Positions 11,901 to 25,000 of a stretch of DNA of 64,000 bases are shown in pieces; positions within the stretch are counted from its first letter, which is position 1, and each line of letters begins with the position of its first letter. The DNA is from Bilabrum cf. latius (Eukaryota): positions 186,001-250,000 of the forward strand of contig OZ237755.1 in assembly GCA_965178125.1 (NCBI GenBank), given 5' to 3'. The notes beneath the pieces were generated by a model. The model was not told the DNA's origin, made no database searches, and saw only the letters and a program-made list of their open reading frames with translations. The position numbers and the translations under genes are program-made.

Positions 11901-13144
11901 ACGCGGCGGAGGAGAAGAAGCTGCGGGAGCGTCAGCTGGCGGGGTCCCGTCTGCTGCCGGGCCGCGGGGGCATGGGCGGGGGCGAGGGGCAGGAGGAGGG
12001 GAAGGACCCGTCCGCGTTCGAGACGGAGGCGGGGCGGTCGTTCCGTCGTCGCGGGGGCGCGGGTGCGGGAGGTGCGGGCGGGCGCGGGGGCAAGCCGGGG
12101 GGCAACGTGCGCGCGAAGGTGAACGCGAGCGGGCTGGCCGGGGCGCTGCTGGGGTCCGGCGGGGACGGTGCGTTCCGGGGCAGCACGGAGGCGCGAGACA
12201 CGGCGGAGGCGATGCGTCGCGCGGCAGAGGCGAGCAAGCGGGACGGGGATGTGGGGGCGGGCGGGGGCCGGGGGCTGAGCGCGGCGGAGCTGGCGAAGCT
12301 GGGGCACGGGTCTGGGTCTGGCGTGCTGGCGGTGCCTCGCGGGGCCAAGTTCGACGGCACGACGGAGGCGCAGGACCGCGGTCGGCAGGGCGTGGGTCGC
12401 GGGGGCGTGGGTCGCGGGGGCCGCGGGGGCGAGTCGTTCGGGAAGCCGGCCACGGACACGGCGGGGCGCGTGCTGGGCGGTGCGGCGGGCGCGTCTGGAG
12501 CTCCCACGCTGGGCCGGCGCGGGGAGGGCGTGGGGGCGTGGGACCCGGAGGACGAGGCGGCGGTGGGCCCTCAGGAGGGGCGGTCGGGGGGCGCTCGCGA
12601 GCGTGCGCGGGGCATGGTGAACATCGTGGGCGGGCCTGGGTCTCGCATGGTGGGCGCGCCCGAGTCTCGTCGAGCGGCGGAGCTGGCTCGTCGTGCGCGT
12701 GCTGGGGAAAGTGATGGTGGCAGGGGCCGACCGCTGAAGAAGGGTGAGATCGGCCCCGATGGGCAGCCGTTCATGGGAGACACAGAGTACAATCACGAGT
12801 ACACGAAGAAGAGGGGGGGCAAGTCTGGGAGACTCGGTCGATTCGGCGGCGGTGTGGTGCTGGGCACTTCCCTGCCCGGGCCCATGCAGAGGACAACTGC
12901 AGCAAGGCAGGACTACGCCGCCAACGAGGACCCGGATGCCATGATGCTCAACCAGAGGCACAAGTCTTCCTACCCGGTGACCAACCGGCATGCAGGAAGA
13001 CGTGCGGTCCCACTCATGGAGGGGGCGATCCCCAGGCGTGAGCACAGGGCGGAGAGGCGAGACGAGCACATCAAGATCAAGACCATGAGGAGGTCTCAGC
13101 GACTCCAGGCTGCAGGATCGGTTACCAGTCCGCGAGTTCACTGA
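8924..13144 (+). CDS. Hypothetical Gly/Arg/Ala-rich protein (~1406 aa) with 3.6 tandem 328-aa repeats (1 TAG)
   Basis: ORF 8924..9148 and ORF 9155..13144 share a frame and are joined by TAG 9146-9148; ends TGA. Confidence 0.65.
9149..12699 (+). repeat. Near-perfect direct tandem repeat, 984-bp unit, ~3.6 copies (units start 9149, 10133, 11117, 12101)
   Basis: 'ggcaacgtgcgcgcgaaggtgaac' recurs every 984 nt. Only scattered substitutions separate the copies (e.g. RTR/RAR, REG/RGG, DPE/DSE). Confidence 0.97.
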
Positions 13145-13332
13145 TTGATTGAGTCTGCCGTACATGCTTGTTCTAGTTGCTGAAGAAAACGTACTGGAAA
13201 ACCCCAAAGGTACTGATGATCTGTGATTGGCGACAAACATCCATAGTCTACTAGTAGTTGCACTACGAGCTGCAGGAAGATCGGTTCCGCTACCGCGTCG
13301 CAGTTTGGCAGAAAAGCATACTGTGTATCAGC

Positions 13333-15867
13333 ATGAAATGTGTTATGCTTGGTGTTTTAGCACTTCTGGGCCTCTCAAAAGCACGTCAAGTGCCTCTGTA
13401 CAGGCAGGCAGGGGCACCGATCGAGGACAGGATAAGCGATCTTTTAAATAAAATGAACTTGACGGAGAAAATCGCACAGCTTGAGCATCCGTGGAAACTT
13501 GGCACGAATAATACACAAGAGTACATTCAGTAGTACCCCACTGGATTAGGTGCTGCATACATCATGTGGGTGGGTGAGGAGTCAACAGCGACTGGAACGA
13601 ATTTCAGTGCCAGGGCAGAACAGATCAACAATATGCAAGAGTGGTACCTGCAGAATTCCAGGCTTGGCATCCCCGTTTCTATCGTTGAAGAAACCCTCCA
13701 TAGCGGCTCGTACCACGGAACGATTTTCCCCATGCCCTGTGGTCTCGGAGCTTCTTGGAATTCGAGCCTGCTTTCGAAGGTTGGAGCCGTCATCGGGGCC
13801 GAGGCACGGGCAGGCGGTGCCGACAGGGGCTTTTCCCCTGAAATAAATGTCGCAACTGACCCTAGATTCGGACGAACGGAGGAAAACTTCGGAGAGGACC
13901 CCGCTTTGGTGGCCACTCTGGGTGCCGCGATGGCCCTGGCCATGCAAGGCGGCGCAGAGGGCCCCTCGGGCTACCTGCCCGACCCCCAGATACACGTCAC
14001 CTGCGAGGCGAAGCATGCTGCCGCCTATGCGCAGGGCGGACGGGATGCCTACCCCGCTGACGTGGCCCCGCAGACCCTGTTCGACATCTACCTGCGGCCC
14101 TGGCGCGACTTCCTCGCCAAATCGGGAGGCCGCGGTCTGATGGCCTCGCACAACTCTGTGAACAACATGCCCGCGCACGGCAACCACTGGCTGCTGAATC
14201 AGACCCTCAGGGAGCTCTTCGACGCCCCGGGGATCTTGATCGCCTCCGATGACAGCGACATCGGGCAGCTGACCGGCTTCGGAATCGTGCCCGATACCCA
14301 AGCCGCTGCTGTGCTTGCGGTCGAGGCGGGCATGGATCAGGATCTGCACGCGGAGGCATTCCCAATGCTGGAGGATGCATTCAAGCAGGGACAGGTGGGC
14401 ATCGAGCCGATCGACCGCGCAGTCAGCAACGTGCTGCGGCAGAAATTTGCCGCCGGACTGTTCGATGGCGCGTGGCGGGTGAACGCCAGCGCGATGTAGA
14501 GCCAGCTCGCGAGCCCAGAGCACCTGCAGGTGTCGCTCGAGGCCGCCAGGCAGGGCATCACTCTGCTGCAGAACAACAACGGTGCGCTACCCCTCTCGAT
14601 CGACGAGCTCAAGGGCAAGACCGTCGCCGTCATCGGGCCGAATGCGGGCTGCTTCGATGACCCCTCGAGCGACAGCTGCCAGGCCGCCTCCAACTAGCTG
14701 GGAGGTTACACGAACGGGGGGGCGGCAGTGACCACAGTCCTGGCCGCCATTCACGCCGCTGGAAATGTCAGCGGGTTCCAGGTCGTTTATTCGCAGGGTG
14801 CCGAGACGGATGCCACTGTGCTCAACAGCAGCATGCTGGATGCAGCCGTGTCGGTGGCCATGAAGGCGGACGTGGTGATCGCTGTCGTAGGAGACAGTGC
14901 CGAGGGGTACGGGCACGGCACGTGCGCCGAGGGCATCGACAGGGACTCGCTCGACCTGCCGGGCACTCAGCTTGATCTGCTGAGCGCGGTGGCAGGCAAC
15001 ATCTCGATGAGGCAGGCTATGGACCAGTCTGCATCCTCCACCTCCCCTGTCTTGGCTGTGACACTCATCCATGGCCGGCCCGTGACCTTTGGTGAGGGCT
15101 TACAGAGCCGGTTTGGGCCTCGCAACGACCTGCTCGAAGCGCTTCCTGCGGTGCTTTCTGCGTGGCGGCCGGGGGCGCTGGGCGGGAGTGCCGTCTGGGA
15201 CGTCCTGACCGGCGCTTACAACCCCTCGGGGCGACTGGCGCAAGGATGGCCCCGCACGGTGGGACAGGTGCGTCAGAGCAACCCGTGGTATCAGCTCAAG
15301 CATACCCCGAACAAGGACTACTCGCTCGGTGCCAAGTACGCCCCTCTCTTCCCCTTCGGGCATGGGCTCTCCTACAGCCAATTCGGGCTGCACGACGTCA
15401 AGATCCTATCGGGCGACGATAGCCCTGCCAGCGTGGCAGATGTCCGTGGGCTGGAACCAGCCCGGAATGTACCCAATGCGTACCGTGTGTCGGCTCGATA
15501 CGTGCGCGAGGCAGCAGCAGCAGTTCGATCCGGCGACTCTGCCGGTCTTTTCTCGGTGCAGGCGCAGGCCGTGGTGACCCAGGGACCCGACGGCGACCTG
15601 GTGGTGCAGGCGTACTACTCTCAGGACCTGTCCAGCAGGGTGCGGTTCGGGCAGATGCTCTTGGGCTTCGAAAAGGTCAGTTTGCAGGCGGGGTAGCCGG
15701 GGGTTCCAGTGACAATTGGCCCCATCACGGCAGACGCGCTGGCATACTACCACCCGGACGAGGGCGACTACGTGCTCGAGGCCGGTAACTACACCGTGAC
15801 TGTGGCCCAGAGCTCAGATCTCCACGGCGCCCCCGAATCGGTCAAGGTGTTCGTGCCCGCCCCGTGA
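13333..15867 (+). CDS. Secreted glycoside hydrolase family 3 (beta-glucosidase/xylosidase-like), 844 aa, 4 TAG
   Basis: Signal-like MKCVMLGVLALLGLSKA, then DLLNKMNLTEKIAQL, SRLGIP...EETLH, TIFP..CGLGASWN, DPRFGRTEENFGEDP, KH, MASHN, IASD, GITLLQN...LPL, NPSGRL, PLFPFGHGLSYS and an Fn3-like tail. TAG at 13531, 14497, 14695 and 15694; ends TGA. Confidence 0.93.
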
Positions 15868-16015
15868 CTTGGCGGATGGACCTGGTGTACGGTCGCCAGG
15901 GTCTTGAAAGGGGGCAAAGTCACGCAGCCGATGCAAAGTCGGTCGCAGTCGCTGGCGGTGATACGCGAAGTTTGCTGTGCTACACAACATACCATTTTCT
16001 TGCGGACAAGTCAAA

Positions 16016-19000
16016 TTAGCTCCCAAACTCCCTTGCCTTGGCGAGGCGGGCCTCTTCCTGCCGCCGCCTTGCCTCTGCGAGCCGCTGCGCGTGCTTGGAC
16101 AGCGAAGACGCTGTCTTGCTGGTGGGAGCCACGCGCTTCGGTCTCGCCTTTCTCTTCTCTTTTGCCTCCGCCAATTGGGCCGCTCGCATGGCCTCCTGCA
16201 AAGCACCCTGCCCACCGGCCCCCACGAGAGGCCCCGCACCCGCACCCGCACCCGCACCCGCACCCATAGGGCTCCTGTGCTCAGGGGAGCCCCTGGCGCT
16301 CGGGCCCCGGCTTGAGGAGTGCGGGTGGTAGGCAACCGGGGATTGTCTCCGCCGCTGCATCATCGCTCCGATAGCGCCCTATACGCTTGCCGAGGCTGTG
16401 CCGGGACTGATTCGCCTGGATTGGCCCCTGCTGCCGGGGCTCGATGAGGGCAGAGGAAGCCGTGCACCACGCTGCCCGCCTCTCTGCGCACCCAGTAAGG
16501 ACGGGGACTGCCTTGTGGCCGCAGTCGCAGCCGGTGGGCTTCTGCCGTATCCCGAGCTGCGCAGGCCGATGCTGTTCGCGGAGAAACCTCCATTGGTGTT
16601 GGAAGGCGCTGATGCCTGCACTTGACTCTGAGGGACCGGTCCCAACGCTTCAGCGAAAGCATCGGACTGTGGATAGTCTCCCTAGTTGTGCGCTGTGTAC
16701 GCATCGGCACCCATTCGCGGCCGCAAAGGCGCGCCCATGCCAGCTCGCTTCCTCCTTCGCGCCTCGACCCTGTTCTCGTGCTGTTCCTGCAATGACCGGA
16801 CGGCCAGCAGGATGGCAGGCGCATCCGAGTCCGGAATCCCGATGATTTCCAAGTGACGCCGAGTCAGCGAGCGGATGCGGCGCATGGTCGCGAATCCAGC
16901 CCGAGCGAATTCATCAGCGCAGTGGTAGCACCCGATGCTCGCCAGCCAGTCTCCCACGTCATCATCCACAGTGTCCCGCGGCAAGGTCTCGTCCCGTGGG
17001 ATGGGCCCCTCCTCCTCGTCGTACTCGTCCCCGGAGCCAAGGGCATCTGCACCCAGCCCATCATCGTCGAACGATGGGTAGTCTCCCATGCCCGGGCCAG
17101 AGGAACTTGCGTGCGCGTTCTGCCCGTCACCGCTCCCAAACCATGACTGCATGGCGGGGTCAGAAGCTCCGCCGCGAACAACGACGCCAGCATCAGCGTA
17201 AGCGTCAGCCCCACCCCCTCGCGCTAGCCGCATGGCAGCAGCGCCCATCTGCTGAGCGCCCAGCCCGGCGGCCCCCATGGCTGCGTCCCTCAGCGCGTCT
17301 TGCGCCCCCGAGGCTGCCAGCCTGGCGAGTTCCTCGTCCTCGAACTCGGCATCGGCATCTACCACGCGTCGTCCTTGTCGGGGGACAACCGCACCGGAGG
17401 GCGGTTGCGGCTCATTAACTGCGGGACCATCAACGGAATCCTCAGGCTCGTCCTCGATATCAGGACCTAGTAATGCGTCAATCTGCTTCTGAGACAGCAC
17501 ACCATTCGGCCCACATGCGATACTCGCGCCGAGGGCACTTCCCGAGGTCTGCTGGAGCACCCGCTGCAGGTCCTAGGACCGGCTGCTTTGAGTCGACTGC
17601 TGGTCTCGCTTGCCCCCTTCAGCTTCATCACGTCCCATGCTGGGTTGTGCAGTACTGGACGACGCCGAGGCATTCCCCACATACGGACCAGCGCTAGCGG
17701 TGGAGTCTCTGTGCCTGCCAGTTCCAGGCGCATTCTCTTGACCATCTCGTTTCTCCACGCTCTGCATTGGAGTCCCAGTCCTTGCTCTCAGCCGCTAGAT
17801 TCCATCCACCGCATCCACGATCAGGTCATCGGGTACGCCCAGTGCCCGAAGGTCATCTGCCTCGAGCGCCGCCACCACCCCAACCGACACGGCGACAGGC
17901 GCACTACCACCCGTGCCTCTCATAGCAGCGGCTTTCTGCAGGTAGGAGCTTAGATCCTCTAGCTCTTCCTCTTGCATCCACCTTCGCACCTTGCGCGAGA
18001 TGACGATATCTGAGGGGTTGGTTGCCGCCCCATTGCTTTCGATACGCCCGTGTTCAGCGGAAGGCACACTCGAACCAGAAACAGTGGCGCGCGGTGCGGG
18101 TGGGGAGCCCAGTGCGACAGCCACGTCTCTGCCCTCATCAAATGTGCGCGCTGTCTCGTCATCGTCGTCGTCATCGGCACCGCTTGGAACGCTCCAATTT
18201 TGATTGTAGCCATGGCCATCCGGCTGCTGTCGCCGCTGCACCGCAGCTGCGTGCATGCTAGGGTTGGCCCCAAATGGAGAGGCCAGCAGTGGCTCGGTGG
18301 GCCGGCGCTGCAGAGACGAGGGTATGAGCTGGGCCTGCGATGGCGACAATGGGGCAGCGACAGCCCCGTGCAGCGGGCTGCTATGTGGTGGCGAGCCAAC
18401 GTGTCTGTCACTGCCGCTGACCCCACTGCTGCTGCCCTTGCGACCCTTATGGCCCCGCGGGCTCCGGCTCTTGGTCGCACGGGTACCAGCGCCGGAGCCC
18501 CCCTTTGTTGGCGGCGCCGCCGGGGAGCCAGACTGGGCGGCTCGCGGACTGGATCGAGACTGAGGCGTACCCTTCTTCCCCTCATCCTTGCTTGTTGCGC
18601 CTACCTCTGCGATATCTCGAGGGTCAAAGGAGAAGCGACGAGGACGCCTTCCCCTGGCCTGCTGCTCCTGGCGATCCTTCTTCTGCTGCTCAGACTCGGA
18701 GACCACCGAGCTCGCAACGGACGAGCGGCGAGAGCCTGCGCCACTCCTCAGTGAGGAGTCATCTCGCCGCCTAGGTGACCGGCCCTTGCTTTTCCGCCCC
18801 TTGCTATCGCCTTCGCTGCGGCCTCCTGCGCCATGCCCCCCAGTTCCTCCATGCTCGCGGCCTGGCGACCCCCCAGATGCTTTCCGTTTCCTGCTCCCGC
18901 CCATCGTTGAGCTCCCCTGCCCGAGCGACCGCCTCTTTCGCTCGGCAGCTCTGCTTTCCTGAAGGATCTCCCTGACAGACTTCTTGGTCTTGCGGCGGCG

Positions 19001-22000
19001 GCCCTGGGGAGGCGCCTTCTTGCCGTAGGGCGTGTTGAGGCCGCTCACCCTGTCCACTGGCTTGAGACCGGAGGGTCGGGTGCTCGTGTTCCAGCCTCCG
19101 CGAGGCAGAGGAGGCGTCTTCTTGGTCTTGCCGCGGCGGGCACCTTGAGCCGGCTTCTTGCCATTCTTCGCAGACTTGCCCTTGGTCTTTGCCCTGGCCT
19201 TTGCCCTGCCCTCTGGTTTGACATGCCCGGTTTCAACCGATTTGTCGCCTTCCACCCGCTTGGAACCGTCTGCAGCATTAGATCGCCGGTCAGCGTCTGC
19301 GGCATCGGCTGCCGCATGATCGTGCTCGGTGGGCCCGCCTGTGCCCACACCCTGGCCCCTGCTCTCAGCCTGGCTCCTCCCCCCACCGGCATGCCGCCCC
19401 TCAGTCCCTGCCTCTGGCCCTGTCGCTGCTCCTGCCTCCGCCTCCCAGCCCCTATCCGACCATCGCTCACTCTCTGCCACATCGTGAAGCGGCTCAGGAA
19501 GGCCAGCACTTGCCCCGCCAGAGACGGAGGCAGGCGCGCGGCGGAGTGGACCGCGATTCCCGGAGCCTGCTGACCCACGGGACTGTGCATCGCCGACCGG
19601 GCGAATCGGCGCGTGGGCTGCCGCAGCACCATACGAGTGGGCCTGGGCCATCTGCGCTCTCCGGCCGTAGCTGCCTGCGCCTGCGCCTGTGCCCACGGGG
19701 CCACTAGTCAGCTTGCCAGCGCCTGGTGGAGGCGACATGAGCAGCCCCTCGGCGCGGCCTGCAGCAGGCCCGGCAGCGGAAGCTGGCAACTGCCCCGCTT
19801 TCTAGGACGATCCAGTCTCACTAGGCAGCGGCACACCGAGTCCCTCTTCAGCAGTCTCGCCAGTCTTGCCACCACCGACATCGCCATCTTCACCGTCCCG
19901 GCTGACACCGCCGCGGTCCTCCCTGCGGGCTCGCCCTGCATGTCTTCCGCTGCCAGTGCCGCCCGCCCTGCCATGACCAAGATCCTGGCGGTGCAGGGCG
20001 AGCAAATCGTCCTCAGAAGCGCCAGTCATTGCACCCTACGCTCCTCCTTGGGCAGGAGAGACCGGCCCCGATGCCCCGCGGCTCTCACCGCCGTCCCAAC
20101 CGGCCAATCGAGAGGGAGTTGAGCCCGCGCTTGTGGGATCAGCGACTGCTCCCGTCTCCGCAGCAGCGGCGGCCGCTTGCGAACGTGTTCTTGGCCTGGG
20201 TCGGCCCTGCTCAATGTCCTGCAGGATGGCTGCCTCCTTCCTGCGGGCCTCCTCCTCGGCGCGGGCAAAGGCCTGCTCGTCGCGCATGCGCTGCGAGGGC
20301 GGGGACCCGTACGCCATGGCTCGCTCTGCCTGTGCTCGTGCCACGGCGGACCTGTGCTGGTAGCCACCTGACGGGCTCGTGGCGGGCTTGGATCCAGAGC
20401 CAGGGCTGCTCGCTTGGCCTCTGGACCCGGCCATACGGAGGGTCCGCCTGGGCCTTGGGGCATCAGCCAGCTGCGAGTGGGAGGCCTGGTCCACACGGGT
20501 ATCGGCAGGGCTGGACGTGTCCCGTGGCCCTTGTAATTCCCCACTGGCCATGAGCAGAGCGTCCACGGCGTCAATTGAATCTCCCCTCGGTCTATCTTTC
20601 GTGCCGGCACGGCCGTGGGCATCATTAGCCTGCGCCTCTTGTTGTTTAGAACTGGAGAGAGAGCCGGAACTATGCTCTGCAGGCGCGGCACCTGGCGACA
20701 CAGGCGGTTTGGAAGGCTGCACAGACGGCCACGGCTGGGGCTCAGGGTGCGGAGAGCTCGAGTCCTCACGACCAGCACCTTCCTCCGGGGAATCGGAACT
20801 AGCACGCCCCGTCGCATTGGGCTGCAGCAGATCTCCACGCTTGCCCGTGTGTTCTTCATCGGACTCGTCTCTGTAGTGTCTCTCCGCTCGCTTTCCAGAT
20901 GCCCCTTGCTCATGCTCTGTGTCGAACACTCCATCACCTGGCAGCTCAACGGGTTTGACCATACCGGCCTCTCTGCTGGCCCCGGGCAGAGGCACAGGTG
21001 TCGGTCCATCCCCGGGACCATCATCATCCCCAGGTGTGGGGGCGATGTCTCTCTCCCGCACCCTGTCGGATAGACTGCGTGCAAGCATGGCTGGGTTGGC
21101 GCCAGGTCCATTGCCCTCCTCTTCATGATGCTCTTGTCGTCGCTGCGGTTGCCGCTCTTGTTGATGCCCATCTGCTGGTGTGCTCTGCGCGCTACGCATC
21201 TGAGCTTGATCTGCCGGCACAGGCTGCGGTGCACCTGAGGCAGGCTCGGGCATGGTCGGGTGCGGCACCACCGGAGGCTTTCGCGACGCATACGAACCCG
21301 GGACGTTGGACTCAGACTCTGATTCAGCACCCTGCTGCTGCTTGCTGGTATCGCCCGTGCTATCGCATACGTTACTCTTGTCCATGTCCCTGTTTCTGTC
21401 CGCCTGCACCTCGTACTGCAGCCTGGGTCCGCCAAGCCGCTCCGATACCAGCGCCAAGCCAATCGTGTCGGCCTCGTCTCGCTCCGCTTCGTCCTACACT
21501 GAGCTAGCGGCGGTGCCTGCATCCTGACCTTCAGACTCCATGGAGCCAAGCCCGCCCCTGCCACCACTCCGAGGAGCGACTGCGGTCACTCCGTCACGCG
21601 CGTCTTCTCTGTCATCGTCCTGAGGCGACCTCGTTCCGTCCACTCCCCCTTCATCACCCAGCAGTTGCAGCAGCTCTTCCATCTCGTGGCTCTCCAGCAC
21701 ACTGCCCGCTCTAGAGCTGCCCTTGGCACTAGCACCATCGGGGCCAGGTGCGGTGCCGTCCTTGGAGGCAGGACGCCTGGGCACCCTATGCCTATCCAGA
21801 ACCTAACCAAACCCAGAGGTAACAGCAGGCTACTCGCTGGAATAAGCAGCAGCAGCGGTAGCTGCAGTCGCAGCAGGCTACTCGGTGATCGGCCGGCCCA
21901 CGGGTGCGGGTGCGGGTGGGGCTACAGTTGAAGGGGCGCCGGACCGATTGCCCACGCTGGCACCCGACGCCATCGACACCACGGAGGCAGTGACGGGTGC

Positions 22001-25000
22001 TCGTATGCTCATACCTGGTGGATCTCTCACGCTGACGCTTCCTGCTCGTGAGTCTAGCTTGCTCTACGACTCCACGGTGTCGCCCGATTCGGCATATTCT
22101 TCCATTGGCTGCGCATCAGCATCCGAGGGAGAGAGTGTATCTGCGTCGTCCTGATGGGAACCAGAGGGCTTGGACTATGTGTGTATCCCGTCCTCTCCAG
22201 CGGGTGTTGCGCTGTCATGCTCTGCACTATCGTTGCAAACTTCAGCAACGGGACCCAACGCACCGCCGTTCAGGTCAGTCACGTGGCTGTGTTTCCGCTG
22301 CAACTGCCCGAACGGGCCACTCGCTTGCCTCAGATCTTTGGTTCTCAGCCGAGGAGACCCGTGGGCCGACTGTCTCCTGGACAATCTTCGGTCCTCCTCA
22401 AAAGCCTCAAGGTCAATGGATGCCATGGAGCCCGGCCGAGATTCGGGGAGGCCGGCTCCGAACCGCCGGCGATCCAGCTCTGCCTGCGAGGCGCGAGCCG
22501 CAGCAGCCATGTAGGCAGGGCTGCTGGCTGCGGCCGCAGCCGTGCCCTTCCCGCTGATCCCCCGGATGTTGGGTGCCGCGACTGAAGCTGGCCTTGGGGG
22601 GCCGTCCTTTGTTCTGTGCAGTCGGATCACGTGCCTGACAGGGGCCTCGTCGATGGTCGAATGCGATGAGCTAGGGGGCCGGGAGGAAGGCAGAGGATGC
22701 GGGGCAGCTTGGCTGTCCCGCGAGCTCTAGTCAGACGTACCTGTCCTCCCCCCCCCTCTGCGTCGGTCGGAGTTGCCAGCAACGTCCGTTCGCTCCATCC
22801 ATCCGCTGGGCACGCGCGGGGGGGGCCTCCTCTTCGGCTCTACCGAGTCTCCCTCCACCGAGGCCAGCGGCCTGTTGCCTCCGTACTGAGGGCTTGTCAC
22901 GGGACTCTCCCCCCACGGTCCCCTGCCACGCGCGCCCCCGTGTCTCGCACCTCTGCCTGCGCCCTTCCGTTGCCTCGCGATCCTCGCCTCCACGCCGCCG
23001 TCACCCACCTCGGTCAGCACGAACGTCGCCACGTCGCCGCCGTCGCCGCCCGTGTCCTTGCTCGTCTTGCCGTCGGGGAAGCTGCCCTTCCTCAAGGCGC
23101 TGCCAATCGCGTCATCATCACGGACTTCATCCTCGTTGTTTTCTGGCACCGGGTCTGTGTCTTTGGTGCCGACTCCGCCCGAGCTACCGCTGCGGCTGCC
23201 AGGTGTCTTGGTACCACTGGCAGACTTGGCTGCTGCACCGGTGCCGGTATTCACCGCATGCTTGAGGGCTGGCGGAGATCTTCTTGGCTTCAGGTGGACC
23301 ACAGCCAGCGGTTCAGGCGAGACGGACCGCTCTGACCTGAGTCGAAGTTGAGCCATTGAGCTCTGGACGGCGACCCCCACGGTAGCCGCTGGCTTGCTCT
23401 TGGGATGCTCTCCACCAGCAGCAACCCGCAGTGGTTTGCGAACCGGCGTGCCTGGCTGCGACTCCACATCGATATCGATTGCATGCGCCTCAACCGCTGC
23501 ACCCTTCCCAGCAGCAGCAGCAGCTCGGTTCTCCGCATCATCGAGCTCCGGTGCTCCAGACGCCAGGCTCTGCTTCCCAGATGGCAGACCGGGCAGAACC
23601 CCATCAGCGGGTACAGGCACAGGTAGTGGCAGAGCAAACGACATGGCACCTCCCGGTGGTGCGGCGTGCCTCGACCTCGGGCTCGGCACTGGGGGCGGCT
23701 GGGCAGGGAGGGCAGCCTCCAGGGGACCTGGTGTGGGATCGAGCTTCTTCTAGTTAGTCTCTTCCTGCTGACGATGCAGCTGCTCCAATGTTTCTTCGGG
23801 TTCGTGCGATTCGCTCGCGTTTGTAAGCAGGCTGGAGCCGGGCCTGCCTGCGGCATTCCACGGCTACGGAGCCTTTGCAAACGGGCTGTTTGCTGCAGAG
23901 CGCGGAAGGGGCGGGTCGGCGTGCTGTTGCTTTCTCTCCGACTCTTGGCTCTGGCCATGAGACGCGGGTCCTTTCATCGGTCCAGCAGCTGCAGCGCCAG
24001 GGCTACGGCTCGCAGGACCACTGCCCTGCTTGCTCGGCTTGCCTCCAGCACCCGCGGGCAGCCTTGGAGCCCTCCTTCGCGGACTGGGGCCCTTCTAGCC
24101 TACGGGGACGGGCGATGGTGGTGTGGTTGTCGGGCCCCCGGGATCGGATGATACTTGACCGGCCACTTGTGGGTCTGCCTGGCCTGGGCTAGCTCGACCC
24201 ATGCCGGGAGGAGAGTTCGAGTGCGAGTCCGACTGTCCAGCAGCTATGTTTGGTGAGCCATTCTGGCTCCCGCCGGAGCTTTGCACGCCCTGCTAGGCAG
24301 CCACGCCGCTGCCCGTCTGTGCTCCATCGAAGCCCGTGGAGTCCCTTGGAGGGGACAGCCCGGCTGCCTGCACGCCGCTCGGAGTAGAGGCAGCTACCTG
24401 AGCACTCGTGTCGCTAGCTTTCGGCAGCTTGCCCATCGCTGCTCTTGATGCGATCCTCGGCGGCTGCGGCGGGGGCTGCAGGTCAATGGGAGGGGGCATC
24501 TGCCGGCCCAGCATGAGCCCCAGTAGGGCCCTCCTCGATGCGGTCCTGTCCTCGGGGGGGTCCCTGGCGCTGGCCACTGCAGCGTCCGGGTGCGATGGAT
24601 TCTGGACGGTTGCTGCGTTACCGCCACCTCTCGTCGGCGATGTGGCGGCTTTAGTGGCATCGTTGCTGTACTCAATGGCGAAAGGGTCCGGCTCTGCCGC
24701 TGCAGGCCTATGGCTCGCGGCGGGGCCCAGCATTGCCAGTACCTGGGTAGGCAATGCAGCGTCACCGCCGCTATTCGAGCTGCTTGAAGACTTTTTGGCC
24801 CAGGGCAGCTGTTCACTTGGGGATGGAATCGACTTGCCCTCTTCGCGCACCGTAGTAGGCGCGCCCACCGCTACCTTTTCTCCGTCTTCCTCCTCCTCGC
24901 TTTCCGCCTGGGCCAGGAACTCCGCCTCCTCTTTGTCCACACCCGCGGGCACAACGACAAGCTGTCCGGACGCTCCATCGGCCGCCCGATTATTCGAAGT

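Noticed and set aside
9149-12699. Mobile element (LTR or transposon) explanation for the 984-bp repeat
   Set aside because: No transposase or RT motifs, terminal inverted repeats or target-site duplications were seen. The units are head-to-tail and in frame within one ORF.
9087-13240. Long antisense or alternative-frame ORFs over the 984-bp repeat, and similar shadow ORFs elsewhere
   Set aside because: These are expected from very high GC and repetition, and they contain no recognisable motifs.
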